Both the position numbers and the translations under genes were made by a program. A stretch of DNA of 50,074 nt from Myxococcota bacterium (lineage in GTDB: Bacteria; Myxococcota_A; UBA796; UBA2385), in the NCBI GenBank assembly GCA_044344255.1, contig JBIJDH010000040.1, positions 1 to 50,074 of the forward strand, written 5' to 3'. The number at the start of each line of letters is the position of its first letter. Within the stretch, counting starts at the first letter, position 1. Under the pieces are notes generated by a model, which was not told the DNA's origin, did no database searches, and saw only the letters and a list, made by a program, of their open reading frames with translations. Below, piece after piece: positions 40,472-50,074 of the stretch.

Positions 40472-42334
40472 TCACAGCCCCGGGAGACAGACGCGCTCGA
40501 TCGACAGATCCGAGAGCAGGAGCAGGCGCTCGCCGTCCAGGTCGGCGGCGTCCGGACGGGTGACCGCCCAGTCGTCCGCGCGGCGATCGAGCTCGGTCCA
40601 GGCGCCGTCCCACCGGCCGAGGATCGTCTCCCCGTCTTCGTACGCGACGGTGAGCACGGCCCCTTCAACCGGCAGCACCCAGCGGAGGGGGCCCGGCCCA
40701 TCGGCGACGGGCTCCACCACCCCGCCCCGCAGCTCGGCCAGCCCGCCGACCTCGCCGTCGAGGGCCAGCCACAGCCGATCGTCGGGGCCCCGCTGGAGGT
40801 CCTGGACCCAGCCTGGGCTCTCCACCGCGGTCCAGGACGATCCATCTCCGGTCCAGAGGGTGACCGTGTCCCAAACGGTGAGCTCGTTGAGGGTCGGGGC
40901 GTCGATCGCATAGATGGGGCCCGCGCCCTCGGGGAGCGCGATCTCTGTCCACTCGCCGGCCGCCCGCGCGAGCAGCATCCCGGTCGGGACCTGCTCTTCC
41001 CCCTCTCCCTGGAACCCAAAGCCGCCCACCACCGGCTCTCCGGCGCCGGTGACCGCCAGGGCCTCGACCAGCTCGTCGCCGAGCGCGAGGTCTGACAGGG
41101 CGGCGGCGGCGGTGGTCACGTCCCAGTCGAGGAAGGCGCCCGACTCGGTCACCGCGTAAGCGGCCTCGCCGAGAGACAGAGCGAGCACCGTCTCCGGGTG
41201 CTCCAGCTCCATCTCCCCTCGGACCGTCCACTCGTCGAAATTGCCGACGGTGAGCCGACCGTCGGTGTCGATGAAGAGGTTCGTGCCGTCCGAGAGGCTG
41301 ACCGCGGCGCCGTTCGCCTCCCAATGCGGGGTCGTCCAGGTGGTGCTGAAGCCGCCCGCCCCGCCCTCCGCGATCTCCGGCCCGGTCAGGCCGAGCCGGA
41401 GGGCGCCGGGGCTAGTAGCGGTCGCGGCGGTGATCGGGGAGGCAGGCGCGGAGACCTCGATGAAGCCTTCACCTTCGTCATGCCAGACCGCGCCATGCGC
41501 CTCACCCTCATCGCCGAGCTGCCCCACCACCCAGAGGTCGTCGAGGCTCGTACCCGCGAGGGCGACAGCGGTGACCGGGCCAAAGCCGCTCACCTCACGC
41601 TCCACCCAAGCCCCCTCCGCGCCGACGAGGAGCAGCCCATCGCTGGACAAGAGGGCCCACTCCCCGTCGAAGCCGAGGACATCGACCCAGCGCCCCTCAA
41701 CGGGGAGGACCTCGTCGATCCAGGAGGCGCCGTCCCAGCGCCAGGCGAGGTCGCCGCCGGCCGCGAGCGCCCCGCCTGCGTCGTCGGCGCCGACCGCGCT
41801 CGGCGGGCTGGTGAGCCCCAAGAGCTCGGTCTGGGTGAAGCCCGCGGCCCCCCCGATGAGGAGGTGGGTGGGCACGGTCTCGCAGTCATCGCAGCCCTCG
41901 ACGGACACGACCGCCACCTGACCGTCCGAGAGGCCAGCGATGTCCCGCATCCACTCCCACTCGAGCCCGGTGCTCACCTCGGTCCAGGCGCCTCCCTCAC
42001 TCCAGGAGACCGTGTCCGATCCGAGCGCCCACAGCCGCTCCCCGGCGCTCGTGGCCGGTCCGATCGGGCCCCGCATCGCCGGGAGGGCCTCCCAGCCGGC
42101 CTCTCCCGCTCGCCACCAGCCTCCGGCGTCCCCCACGGCCCACTCGACGCCGTCGGCCGTGTGGAGCAGGCCGACCACCGTCTCGTCCACCGGGATCCAA
42201 GCCGACGCCGCCTCGCAGCCGGCGCCGCTGTCGCCCGGCCCCTCGTCGATCGGCGCCGCCTTGTCTCCCCCACAGGCGGCCCCAAGAGCGAGCGCGGGGA
42301 GGAGCAGGCAGGTTCGAGTACGTGGGCGTGACAT
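40472..42334 (-). CDS. Lipoprotein with beta-propeller-like repeats
   Basis: LALGAAC lipobox; recurring W.VG...WDG..W blade motifs; start ATG 42334. Confidence 0.7.
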   Translation of the reverse strand: MSRPRTRTCLLLPALALGAACGGDKAAPIDEGPGDSGAGCEAASAWIPVDETVVGLLHTADGVEWAVGDAGGWWRAGEAGWEALPAMRGPIGPATSAGERLWALGSDTVSWSEGGAWTEVSTGLEWEWMRDIAGLSDGQVAVVSVEGCDDCETVPTHLLIGGAAGFTQTELLGLTSPPSAVGADDAGGALAAGGDLAWRWDGASWIDEVLPVEGRWVDVLGFDGEWALLSSDGLLLVGAEGAWVEREVSGFGPVTAVALAGTSLDDLWVVGQLGDEGEAHGAVWHDEGEGFIEVSAPASPITAATATSPGALRLGLTGPEIAEGGAGGFSTTWTTPHWEANGAAVSLSDGTNLFIDTDGRLTVGNFDEWTVRGEMELEHPETVLALSLGEAAYAVTESGAFLDWDVTTAAAALSDLALGDELVEALAVTGAGEPVVGGFGFQGEGEEQVPTGMLLARAAGEWTEIALPEGAGPIYAIDAPTLNELTVWDTVTLWTGDGSSWTAVESPGWVQDLQRGPDDRLWLALDGEVGGLAELRGGVVEPVADGPGPLRWVLPVEGAVLTVAYEDGETILGRWDGAWTELDRRADDWAVTRPDAADLDGERLLLLSDLSIERVCLPGL

Positions 42335-42431
42335 GGGTTGACCCCGGGGACTCAGGCGGCTCCCCGGACCGTAGCGCAGAGGTAGGCCCCCCGTGGGTCG
42401 CCCTCGCCGCGGGCTGCGCCGGGTCAGGGGC

Positions 42432-44273
42432 TCAGCCGGGGTCGGCGGCGCCGGCGAGGCCCGCGCGCAGGGCCCCGAGCCGGGCGCCATAGAGGCGCTC
42501 CGCCCGGCCGACGCTCTGTGCGTAGATAGGCTGCTTGACCTGAGCGTAGGACGCCGTGGTCACCACGCGCTCATTCTCGTGAAAGCGGGTGCAGGCCTCG
42601 TCAAAGGGGAGCTCGAGGTCTGCGAGGAGCCGGCGGGTCCCCCCCTCCAGATCTGCGACCAGCTCTTCATAATTGACCCTGACCACCGGGATGGGGGAGA
42701 CCGCGCACCAGCGCTCCATCAGCCGCTGGTGCTGCCGATAGTATCGCCCGATCCCATACAGCTTGCTGTCGACGCTCGCCTGTTGCAGCAGATAGGTGAA
42801 GAAGATCGACAGACAATTGTCGAGCGGGTCCCGGACACACCAGACCACCCGAGCGTCGGGGAAGAGCTGTCCGATGAGGCCGACGAACAGGAAATTGGAG
42901 AGCATCTTGTCGGTGATCACCGGTCTGTCGCCGCAGAGGGCGGCCCACTGCCGCCGCAGGTCGTCGGCCCGCTGTTGGAGCACGGCCTCCTTGGCCGCCG
43001 GGCCGGCCTCGGGGAAGGGCGGGCTCAGGCTGGAGACCAGGAGGTGGAGGTCACGCCGCTCCCCGCCTCCGTACACGAGGGGGTGGGAGTCGAGGATCTG
43101 CTCGGTGAGCGAGCTGCCGGAGCGCGGCATCCCGACGATGAAGATCGGCCGCGGCCCCGGTCGGACATGCGCCCGCGCCAGTCGGTCGGCGTAGCCCAGT
43201 GGATAGAGCGTGATCAGCCGATCGACGACCGCCTGATTTCGTTCGAGGTCGTTGCGGAAGCCCCGAAGGTCGTTGGACCGCACATGGGCAGAGAAGGCCT
43301 CGTCATACCGGCCCTCCCGCTCGAGCAGCTTGCCGAGCTGATTCCAGAGCAGCGCCGAGGGCTGGGCGGCGGCCGCGAGGTGCCGCTCGAGGTCGACGAT
43401 GACCGACGGCGCGAGCTCGGCCGTGGCGGACACGTTGGCGAGGACCTCGAGGTAGTGCGGATCATCGCACGCCTCTCCTCGCAGCGGGGCGAGCAGCACC
43501 CGCGCTTCGGCGTTGCGGCCCTGTCGGTGTAAGGCCGAGGCGAGGCCCACCGTGGCCTCCCGGTCGCCCGGCGCGGACTCGAGGAGGGCCCGCCAGTCGG
43601 CCTCGCAGTCGGCGAGGCGCCAGAGCTGAGAGCGGACGCGGGCGAGGGCGCGCCGCCAGTCGAGGCGGGTCGGGCTCAGCCGCAGGGCCTCCTCCCAAGC
43701 GAAGAGCGCGGAGTCGAGGTCCGCGGTCGCGCCGTGGGCGATGCCCAGGGCCGCGTGGACGCGCGCCTCGGCGGGGAGCTGGCGCCGCAGCTCCCGCAGC
43801 AGGGGCAAGGCGCCGGAGACGTCGCCCCGCTCCAGCCGGACCTCGGCCAGGCGGAGCGAGAGGCCGGGCTCGGGCCGCCGGCGAAGGGCGCGCTCGAGCG
43901 CGGGCTCCGCGACCTCCCACCGTCGGGCCTTCTGAGCCGCCATCCCGAGGTTCTTCCAGGCATCCTGGCTCTCGGGATCCAACCGGGTCGCCTCTTCGAG
44001 GGCGCGTAGACCGTCCTCGAGGCGGCCCGCCTCGACGAGGGCGGCCCCGCGCGCGCTCTGGAAGCCCGCTCGTCGGGGATCGAGGCGGCAGGCCCGCTCC
44101 AACGACGGGACGCCCCCTGCGGCGTCTCCGCCCTGCCAGGTGAAGAGGCCGAGCAGGTAGTGGGCCTCGGCGAGGTTCGGAGAGCCCGCCAGCACCTTCT
44201 TCACGCCCTGCACGGCGGCGGGGACCTTACCGGCCTTGAAGTCCGCCACCGCCTTTTGGAGGACCGCGCTCAT
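42432..44273 (-). CDS. TPR-repeat sulfotransferase family protein
   Basis: Multiple TPR helices; PIFIVGMPRSGSSLTEQILDSHP, TDKM, RDPLDNCLS, YEELV, TASYAQV.QPIY. Confidence 0.9.
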   Translation of the reverse strand: MSAVLQKAVADFKAGKVPAAVQGVKKVLAGSPNLAEAHYLLGLFTWQGGDAAGGVPSLERACRLDPRRAGFQSARGAALVEAGRLEDGLRALEEATRLDPESQDAWKNLGMAAQKARRWEVAEPALERALRRRPEPGLSLRLAEVRLERGDVSGALPLLRELRRQLPAEARVHAALGIAHGATADLDSALFAWEEALRLSPTRLDWRRALARVRSQLWRLADCEADWRALLESAPGDREATVGLASALHRQGRNAEARVLLAPLRGEACDDPHYLEVLANVSATAELAPSVIVDLERHLAAAAQPSALLWNQLGKLLEREGRYDEAFSAHVRSNDLRGFRNDLERNQAVVDRLITLYPLGYADRLARAHVRPGPRPIFIVGMPRSGSSLTEQILDSHPLVYGGGERRDLHLLVSSLSPPFPEAGPAAKEAVLQQRADDLRRQWAALCGDRPVITDKMLSNFLFVGLIGQLFPDARVVWCVRDPLDNCLSIFFTYLLQQASVDSKLYGIGRYYRQHQRLMERWCAVSPIPVVRVNYEELVADLEGGTRRLLADLELPFDEACTRFHENERVVTTASYAQVKQPIYAQSVGRAERLYGARLGALRAGLAGAADPG

Positions 44274-44436
44274 CTGGGCTCCGCTGCGCCGCTCATCCGG
44301 GCTCCGCGCGCACGGGGGAGCTCGGCTACGCCCCCCGACCGTGGCCCCCCCGAGCTAACGCCCCGCGTCGCTTGACAAGAGGGCCCAGGGTGCAATAAGC
44401 GCGCGGGCCTGCAATTCCACCGATCTGGAGATCCCC

Positions 44437-44625
44437 ATGGCGAAGAAGGCACAGAAGGCTCGGGCCGTCATCTTCCTCGAGTGCACCGAGTGCCGCGCCA
44501 GCGGCATCCCCGGTGTCAGCCGCTACGCGACCCGCAAGAACAAGAAGAACACCACGGGCCGCATGGAGCTGCGCAAGTATTGCCGCTTCGAGCGAAAGCA
44601 CACGGTGCACAAGGAAGTGAAGTAG
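44437..44625 (+). CDS. rpmG: 50S ribosomal protein L33
   Basis: LECTEC...[17 protein letters not shown]...RKHT.HKEVK; TTGACA upstream at 44372; GGAG RBS. Confidence 0.95.
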   Translation: MAKKAQKARAVIFLECTECRASGIPGVSRYATRKNKKNTTGRMELRKYCRFERKHTVHKEVK

Positions 44626-44677
44626 TCCTCGAGGCTGCGGCGTCTCAGGCGCTGCGCCTTCGCGTCAGGGAGCCCTG

Positions 44678-45604
44678 ATGTCCGAGGACGCGCGCCCCCA
44701 CTCCGAGCGCTACTTCACCGATTCCCGCGACCACTGGTGGCACGCCGACTACGTCGCGCTGATCGGCCAACGGGCCGGGCTCGGCGCCTGTGAGGCGGTG
44801 CTCGAGGTGGGCGCCGGTCAGGGGCACTTCGCCCGGGCCCTGGCCCCGGCCCTCGCGCCCGGCTTCACCTTCACGCTGGTCGACCGGGAGGCGCGATCGC
44901 TCGCCCTGGCCCTGCCCCGCTGTGAGGCCTGGGCCGCCGAGCGGGGCGTCGTCGGTCGTTTCCGCGCGGCGGTCGCCTCCGCCGAGGCCCTGCCCTTCGC
45001 CGACGACAGCTTTGACCTCGTCTGCTGTCAGACGCTGCTCATCCACGTGGCCGATCGCGAGCGGGTCTTCGCCGAGATGCTGCGCGTCTGCAAGCCGGGC
45101 GGGCTCCTGCTGGCGGTAGAGCCCAACAACCGCGCCGGCCTGCAATACAACGCCGCCGAGGGCCCCGCGGCAGACCTCGGCCGGCACCTCCAGGTCGCTC
45201 GGCTCCAGCTTCGCTGCGTCGCGGGAAAGGCCGCGCTCGGAGAGGGCTGGAACGACGCCGGCGTGCACCTGCCCCGCCTCTTCGCCGGCCTCGAGGGGGT
45301 GGCCTACGCCAACAACGATCGGGCCTGGGTCATGGCGCCCCCCTACGACAGCCCCCAGCAGGCCGCGGCCCTCCAAGACCTCCGTCGGGACGTGGCCGAG
45401 GGTGTCTACGGCTGGCCCCGCGCGGAGGCCCGCCGCTTCTACCTCGCGGGCGGCGGCAGCCTGGCAGAGCTCGAGGCCGACTACGCCGCGGCCCTCGCGC
45501 TTCAGGCCGACCAGCTCGCCTCCGCCGAGGCCGGCCGCTGGACCGCCCTCATCGCCTTCGCAGGGCTGATCGCCACGGGGCGAAAGCCCGGACAGGCGCG
45601 CTGA
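44678..45604 (+). CDS. Class I SAM-dependent methyltransferase
   Basis: VLEVGAGQG, AEALPFADDSFDLV, EMLRVCKPGG. Confidence 0.88.
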   Translation: MSEDARPHSERYFTDSRDHWWHADYVALIGQRAGLGACEAVLEVGAGQGHFARALAPALAPGFTFTLVDREARSLALALPRCEAWAAERGVVGRFRAAVASAEALPFADDSFDLVCCQTLLIHVADRERVFAEMLRVCKPGGLLLAVEPNNRAGLQYNAAEGPAADLGRHLQVARLQLRCVAGKAALGEGWNDAGVHLPRLFAGLEGVAYANNDRAWVMAPPYDSPQQAAALQDLRRDVAEGVYGWPRAEARRFYLAGGGSLAELEADYAAALALQADQLASAEAGRWTALIAFAGLIATGRKPGQAR

Positions 45605-45634
45605 TCCGAGGGGCGCGCCCGCCGTCACCCGGCC

Positions 45635-48600
45635 TCAGTCCGGGAGCAGGAAGCCCTTCTCCCGAAACAGCCGCGCCGCCGCGGCGACGACCTCGCCATC
45701 GTAGCGTTCGCCTGCGTACTGCTCCACCTCTTCGAGGGCCGCCTCCAAGCCGCGGGCGGGGCGGTAGGGTCTGTGCGAGCAGAGCGCCTCGATCACGTCT
45801 GCCACCGCGATGACCCTCGCCTCGGGGATGATCTCGGCCCCCTTCAGCTTCCGCGGGTAGCCGTTGCCGTCGAGGCGCTCGTGGTGTTGCCACACGGCCT
45901 CGGCCAGGGGCCAGTGGGTCTGGATGTTCTTCAAGACGTCTCGCCCCGCCTCGGCGTGGGTCTCCACCATCCGCCGCTCGAGGGGGGTGAGCCGGGCGGG
46001 GCGGGTCAGGATCTCCGCCGGCACCGAGATCTGCCCGATGTCATGGATCGAGCCGATGATCTCCATTCCGCGGACCCGATCGGCGGACCAGCCGAGCTCG
46101 GCGGCGATCGCGGCGGCGAGCGCGGCGACGCGGCGCTCGTGCCCGGAGGTGTAGGGATCGCGCAGATCCACGACCTTCGACATCGCGAGCACGGTGCCCT
46201 TCATCATCAGCTCGAGCTCGATCGCGTACTGCGCGATGGCCTCTTGCGCGCGCTTCCGCTCGGTCACGTCCTCGGCGAGCATGATCGTGATCGGCCACTC
46301 ACCCTGCATCGACACCACCGTGGAGACCGCGACGTCGATCAAGCTGCCATCGGGCCGCAGGACCCGCAGGGTCAGGGAGTGAGCCCGAACGCCCCCGACC
46401 TGCTCCAGCCGAACGTTCGCGATGACGGGATGATCGGCCTCAACGATGAAGTCCTCCGTCTTACGGCCGAGGATCTCCGATAGCGGGCGACCGAAGAGCT
46501 CGGCGAGGCGGGCGTTGGCGTAGGTAATACGACCGAATTCGACCACGAAGATGCCCATCACCGCCTGCTCGACGAGCCCGCGGAACCGGCCCTCGCTCGC
46601 CTTCAGGTCGCGCACGGCCTTCGACCGCTGGATCGAGCTCAGCAGCTCCGCCCCGACCAGCCGGATCGACTCGACGTCGAGCGGGCCGAAGGCCACCGCC
46701 TTGTCCACCGCGCCGATGAGGAGGCCTCGACCTCTCCCATCGAAGGTCGGCAGGACCAACATGCGGCGCTGGGCGCGGAGCGGATCCGGCAGCCCATGCT
46801 GGCACTGGCCCAGCTCCGACCCCTCGCAGATGTGGTGCGCGTCCTCGGCCAGCCCGCTGGCCCACGACCCCAACTCCCCGCGCGGGAGGATCAGGCTGGC
46901 AGCGCTCCGGTCGGCGGGGCCGTCTGGATCGAGGTGGGTGCTCCCTCCGAGCCGCAGGGACTCTTCCTCCACATAGTACAAGAAGGCCGCCGAGGCGCCG
47001 GTGAGGGTCTTGATCTCCTCGAGCGCCGTGCGGACGCGCGCCTCTCCGCCCTGGTCGTCATCGACCTCCAGGATGTGGAGCAGGGCCTTCGTGCGCGCCA
47101 CCTCCCGGGTCGTGGCCTCCTCGGCCGCACGGCGGGCGGTGAGGTCCACCCAGACGACGATCAGCTCGTCGCCGACCGCGGTCGCGATCCCCTGGGCCCA
47201 CAACGTGGACCCGTCTCCGCATTGGATCCGTAGATCGGGCGAGGCGATCGGGCCGCTCTCCGCGGTGAGGGTGCGGACCTGCTTCATCCACAGCGCGCGG
47301 AGCCGATCCCGAAAGGCGGGGCTCGGGAAGGCGCGAGCGAACCAGTCCTCCGCGCTCTCGAGCTCAACCGGCTCGTAGCCGAACAGGCGCTGGTGTGACG
47401 CGTTCAAGTAGGTCGTGCGCTGGTCCGTCCGGCGGATGACGTGGATCGGCAGCGGCGACGCGTCGAGGTAGCCTCTCAGTCGCCCGGCGAGGCGGCGCTC
47501 CTCGGTCACATCGGCGATGTAGCCGTGCCACAAGACGCTCCCGCCTTCGAGGCGCTCCGGTGCCGCTTCACCCCGCAACCATCGCTGCCCCGCCTCGGGC
47601 AGGGCCACACGAAACTCGTCTCGCCATGTACAGAGCGTCTGATAGGAGTGTTCGATCGACGCGGCGACCCGGACGACGTCATCCGGTAAGATTCGCTCAA
47701 ATATCTTCGTCGCGTCCGCGACGACCTCTTCGGCGGTGACCCCGAACACTCGCTCGATTCCCTCGCTCGCGAACGGAACGCCCATCCGTCCGTCGGGGAA
47801 CCGCTTGAATTGGTAGACCAGCCCGGGGAGCTGCGCCGAGAGGTGGCGAAGCGTCGCCGTCGTCTGCACGACCCTCTGCTCGGCGTCCACCGCGCGGGCG
47901 TGTGTCTCAAATGCCTCCAGCGCGAAGGCGATGTCGCGGGCCAGGTCGTCGAGGAGGGCGACCACCTCGGGGGTGAGTCGCCCCTGATCTGCGAAGTAGA
48001 GCACCATCACGGCCCGAGCCGCCGATCGTGGAGACAGGGGGAAGGCGCCGACCGAGCAGAGGCCGTGCCGGATCGCCGCCTCGCGCCAGGGTTCGTGTTT
48101 GGCTTCACCGGTGAAGTCTGCGAAGACCACGTGCATGTCCTCGCGCAGCGCGCGACCCGCGGGCCCGCCGCTCGCGGGATCCCCCGGCCGGTTGGTCACG
48201 TGGAGACCCTCGACGTAGCCGATGGCCGGCCCCGCCCCGGCGAGCACCTGCACCCGCCCGGTGGGGTCCGGGCGGCCAATCCAGGCGAGCCGCGCCTCCC
48301 CGACCTCGACCGCGATCTGGCAGATCGCGCGGAACAAGGAACCTTCATCCTCCGCCCTCGCCACCATCCCGTTCGCCCGCGACGCGAAGGCAAAGAGCGT
48401 GTTCACCTTGGCGAGCTCGCGGATTCGCGCCTTCGCTTCTGTGATGTCGCGCACGAAGCCGAACATAAGGTCGGGGTGCGCGAGGGACCTCGCCGCGGAC
48501 ACCTCGACCGCGATTTCGACCCCATCCTTCCGCCTCCACATGGACTCGAAGCGCACGAAGCCCCGCGCCGCGAGGGCCTCGGTGGCCCGAAGCGCTTGGA

Positions 48601-49837
48601 CGAGGTTCGGATCCGCCTCGAAGTGCCGCCAAGGCAGCGCGCGCGCCTCCGCGTCGGCGTAGCCGGTGAGGGAGGTGAAGGCGCGGTTCACCTCTTCGAT
48701 GACGCCGTGGGGCCCGGCGACGAAGTAGCCGTCCGGCGAGACCTCCAGCGCCGCGAGATAGCGCGCTCGCACCGACTGCTGCGCCTGGCGGGCTCGGTAG
48801 ACGGCGTTCTCGCCCTCCAGCCGCAGGACCCGTCGGAGCTGCAGGAGGCCCAGGCCCGTCGTGCCGAACATGACGAAGACGAGGGTCAGCAAGGTGAACC
48901 CGAAGCGCTCGAGGGGGCGATCCACCTCGTCCTCGTCGACCTTCGCGACGACGATCCAGCTCGTCCCGGCGACCGCCGTGGTCGCCCGCAGCACCTCGAC
49001 GCCCGCCTCGTCCTCACTGTGGGTCACGCGGGTGGTGTGATCGCGCGGCACGGCCTCAGCCTGCGCCGGGGGATCGAGCAGCGACAACCGGACCGAGCCC
49101 TGCGGCCGATCGGCCCCGTAACGCTGTGAGGGGGTCATCAAGACGACGGCGTCGCCGTCCATGCGGACCAACATCGACTCGGCGCTCGGATGCGCGGTCT
49201 TCCACTCCGACACCACCGGAAAGACCGATCGCCGAGGGTCAATCTCGAGGTAGACCCCCACGTCGATGAGGCGCCCGTCTGCGGCGCTCACCCTCTGCCC
49301 GAGGACCAGCCCGAGCGCGAGGTCGCCCCCAGCGGTCGTGAAGGGGTCGATCAGGGACATGCGACCATCGGTGAGGGACGCGCGCCACGCGCCGTCGAGG
49401 GCGGCGGGCGGCGGCGGTCCTCCGGGGTCACTGCGCCAGAGCTGCCGGGACTTCCCGTCGAAGATGAGGACCCGGGTGGACTCAGAGTCGGCGCCCAACA
49501 TCGCCGTGGCCGCCCCAGTCAGGCGCAGCTCGATCCGGGACGTGGCCTCCGCTCCGGCGCCCTCGGCCACGAGCGCCTGCAGGACGTCCTGATCGGCGAA
49601 GGCCTTCAAGTCGCCCTCCCGCTCTCGGAGCCAGCGCTCCACCCACCGCGCGCGCACGTCCACGTGCCCGCTCAGCTCGGCCTCAACGGCGTGCCGTGCA
49701 GCGTCCCGGTGTTGAACGAAGACGACCGCGCCCAGCACGACGGTCAGGATCGACACCATCGCGAAGGCGCCCACCCCGGGCCCAAGAGGAGCGGGCCGTC
49801 TATCGGAGGATGGGCGTGGGGTGGGCTCCTGGGTCAT
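45635..49837 (-). CDS. Membrane multi-sensor HD-GYP phosphodiesterase (Cache-like, PAS, GAF, PAS, PAS, GAF, PAS, HD-GYP)
   Basis: Two TM segments; PAS-type ends (RDITEAK, DVTEER, EDVTERK); RDPYTSGHERRVA, HDIGQI, HHERLDGNGYP, AVADVIEA...HRPYR. Confidence 0.9.
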   Translation of the reverse strand: MTQEPTPRPSSDRRPAPLGPGVGAFAMVSILTVVLGAVVFVQHRDAARHAVEAELSGHVDVRARWVERWLREREGDLKAFADQDVLQALVAEGAGAEATSRIELRLTGAATAMLGADSESTRVLIFDGKSRQLWRSDPGGPPPPAALDGAWRASLTDGRMSLIDPFTTAGGDLALGLVLGQRVSAADGRLIDVGVYLEIDPRRSVFPVVSEWKTAHPSAESMLVRMDGDAVVLMTPSQRYGADRPQGSVRLSLLDPPAQAEAVPRDHTTRVTHSEDEAGVEVLRATTAVAGTSWIVVAKVDEDEVDRPLERFGFTLLTLVFVMFGTTGLGLLQLRRVLRLEGENAVYRARQAQQSVRARYLAALEVSPDGYFVAGPHGVIEEVNRAFTSLTGYADAEARALPWRHFEADPNLVQALRATEALAARGFVRFESMWRRKDGVEIAVEVSAARSLAHPDLMFGFVRDITEAKARIRELAKVNTLFAFASRANGMVARAEDEGSLFRAICQIAVEVGEARLAWIGRPDPTGRVQVLAGAGPAIGYVEGLHVTNRPGDPASGGPAGRALREDMHVVFADFTGEAKHEPWREAAIRHGLCSVGAFPLSPRSAARAVMVLYFADQGRLTPEVVALLDDLARDIAFALEAFETHARAVDAEQRVVQTTATLRHLSAQLPGLVYQFKRFPDGRMGVPFASEGIERVFGVTAEEVVADATKIFERILPDDVVRVAASIEHSYQTLCTWRDEFRVALPEAGQRWLRGEAAPERLEGGSVLWHGYIADVTEERRLAGRLRGYLDASPLPIHVIRRTDQRTTYLNASHQRLFGYEPVELESAEDWFARAFPSPAFRDRLRALWMKQVRTLTAESGPIASPDLRIQCGDGSTLWAQGIATAVGDELIVVWVDLTARRAAEEATTREVARTKALLHILEVDDDQGGEARVRTALEEIKTLTGASAAFLYYVEEESLRLGGSTHLDPDGPADRSAASLILPRGELGSWASGLAEDAHHICEGSELGQCQHGLPDPLRAQRRMLVLPTFDGRGRGLLIGAVDKAVAFGPLDVESIRLVGAELLSSIQRSKAVRDLKASEGRFRGLVEQAVMGIFVVEFGRITYANARLAELFGRPLSEILGRKTEDFIVEADHPVIANVRLEQVGGVRAHSLTLRVLRPDGSLIDVAVSTVVSMQGEWPITIMLAEDVTERKRAQEAIAQYAIELELMMKGTVLAMSKVVDLRDPYTSGHERRVAALAAAIAAELGWSADRVRGMEIIGSIHDIGQISVPAEILTRPARLTPLERRMVETHAEAGRDVLKNIQTHWPLAEAVWQHHERLDGNGYPRKLKGAEIIPEARVIAVADVIEALCSHRPYRPARGLEAALEEVEQYAGERYDGEVVAAAARLFREKGFLLPD

Positions 49838-49887
49838 GCGCTCTCAGATAGCCGTTCCAGAGAGGCGAGGCCGTAGGGCCAAACACG

Positions 49888-49931
49888 AAAAAACCGCCGA
49901 CCAGCCCGGTTGAGGCTGGTCGGCGGTTCTT
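49888..49931 (-). terminator. Intrinsic terminator downstream of rpsD
   Basis: 15-bp perfect stem AACCGCCGACCAGCC/GGCTGGTCGGCGGTT (49892-49928) with a T-run on the minus strand. Confidence 0.9.
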
Positions 49932-49949
49932 CGCCCGTGGGCGATCGAC

Positions 49950-50074
49950 TTACAGCTTCTGGTTGTAGTACTCGATGACGGCCTGGGTGTTCACTTCGAA
50001 GGGCACGTCTTCCTTGTTGGGAGAGACGAGCATCTTGCCGGTGGCCTTGGCGGGGTCGAACTCGAGGAAGGCCG
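49950..50074 (-). CDS. rpsD: 30S ribosomal protein S4, 3' end (partial; not in the ORF track)
   Basis: AFLEFDPAKATGKMLVSPNKEDVPFEVNTQAVIEYYNQKL* matches the S4 C-terminal pattern (L..D.....G.....P..E.IP..VN...IVEYY). Confidence 0.8.
   Translation of the reverse strand, partial: AFLEFDPAKATGKMLVSPNKEDVPFEVNTQAVIEYYNQKL

Overview
Very GC-rich bacterial chromosomal window. The lipoprotein style and gene content suggest a Myxococcota/deltaproteobacterial organism (inference). About 38 credible CDS, two tRNAs, three gene remnants, no CRISPR array, no integrase or transposase. Left to right: an AlbA_2(Schlafen)-HATPase gene cut off inside a P-loop domain by an AT-rich insert; a sucA remnant; a radical SAM gene pair; boxC-boxB (aerobic benzoyl-CoA epoxidation) with TGCA-N6-TGCA operators but no boxA; a beta-helix lipoprotein; selO; a Baeyer-Villiger monooxygenase; an LTD-CotH kinase; a lipoprotein/DUF1585-like/Tat-DUF1501/cytochrome c operon; three membrane-protein genes and two paralogous YfbK-type vWA genes around an orphan MalE-MalF fusion; asparaginase; two Cys-rich lipoproteins; FAD oxidase, membrane spermidine-synthase-like protein, purA, tRNA-Lys and tRNA-Glu; a decayed patch (intact vapC, 5'-truncated vapB, frameshifted transglutaminase); nrfH-nrfA (CXXCH type); ADP-forming acyl-CoA ligase; beta-propeller lipoprotein; TPR-sulfotransferase; rpmG; methyltransferase; multi-sensor HD-GYP; and the 3' end of a terminated rpsD. 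The best candidate for an uncharacterised system is the vWA plus membrane-protein module (18.7-27.5 kb), followed by the heme/Tat DUF1501 operon. All family calls come from motifs read by eye, not from database searches.
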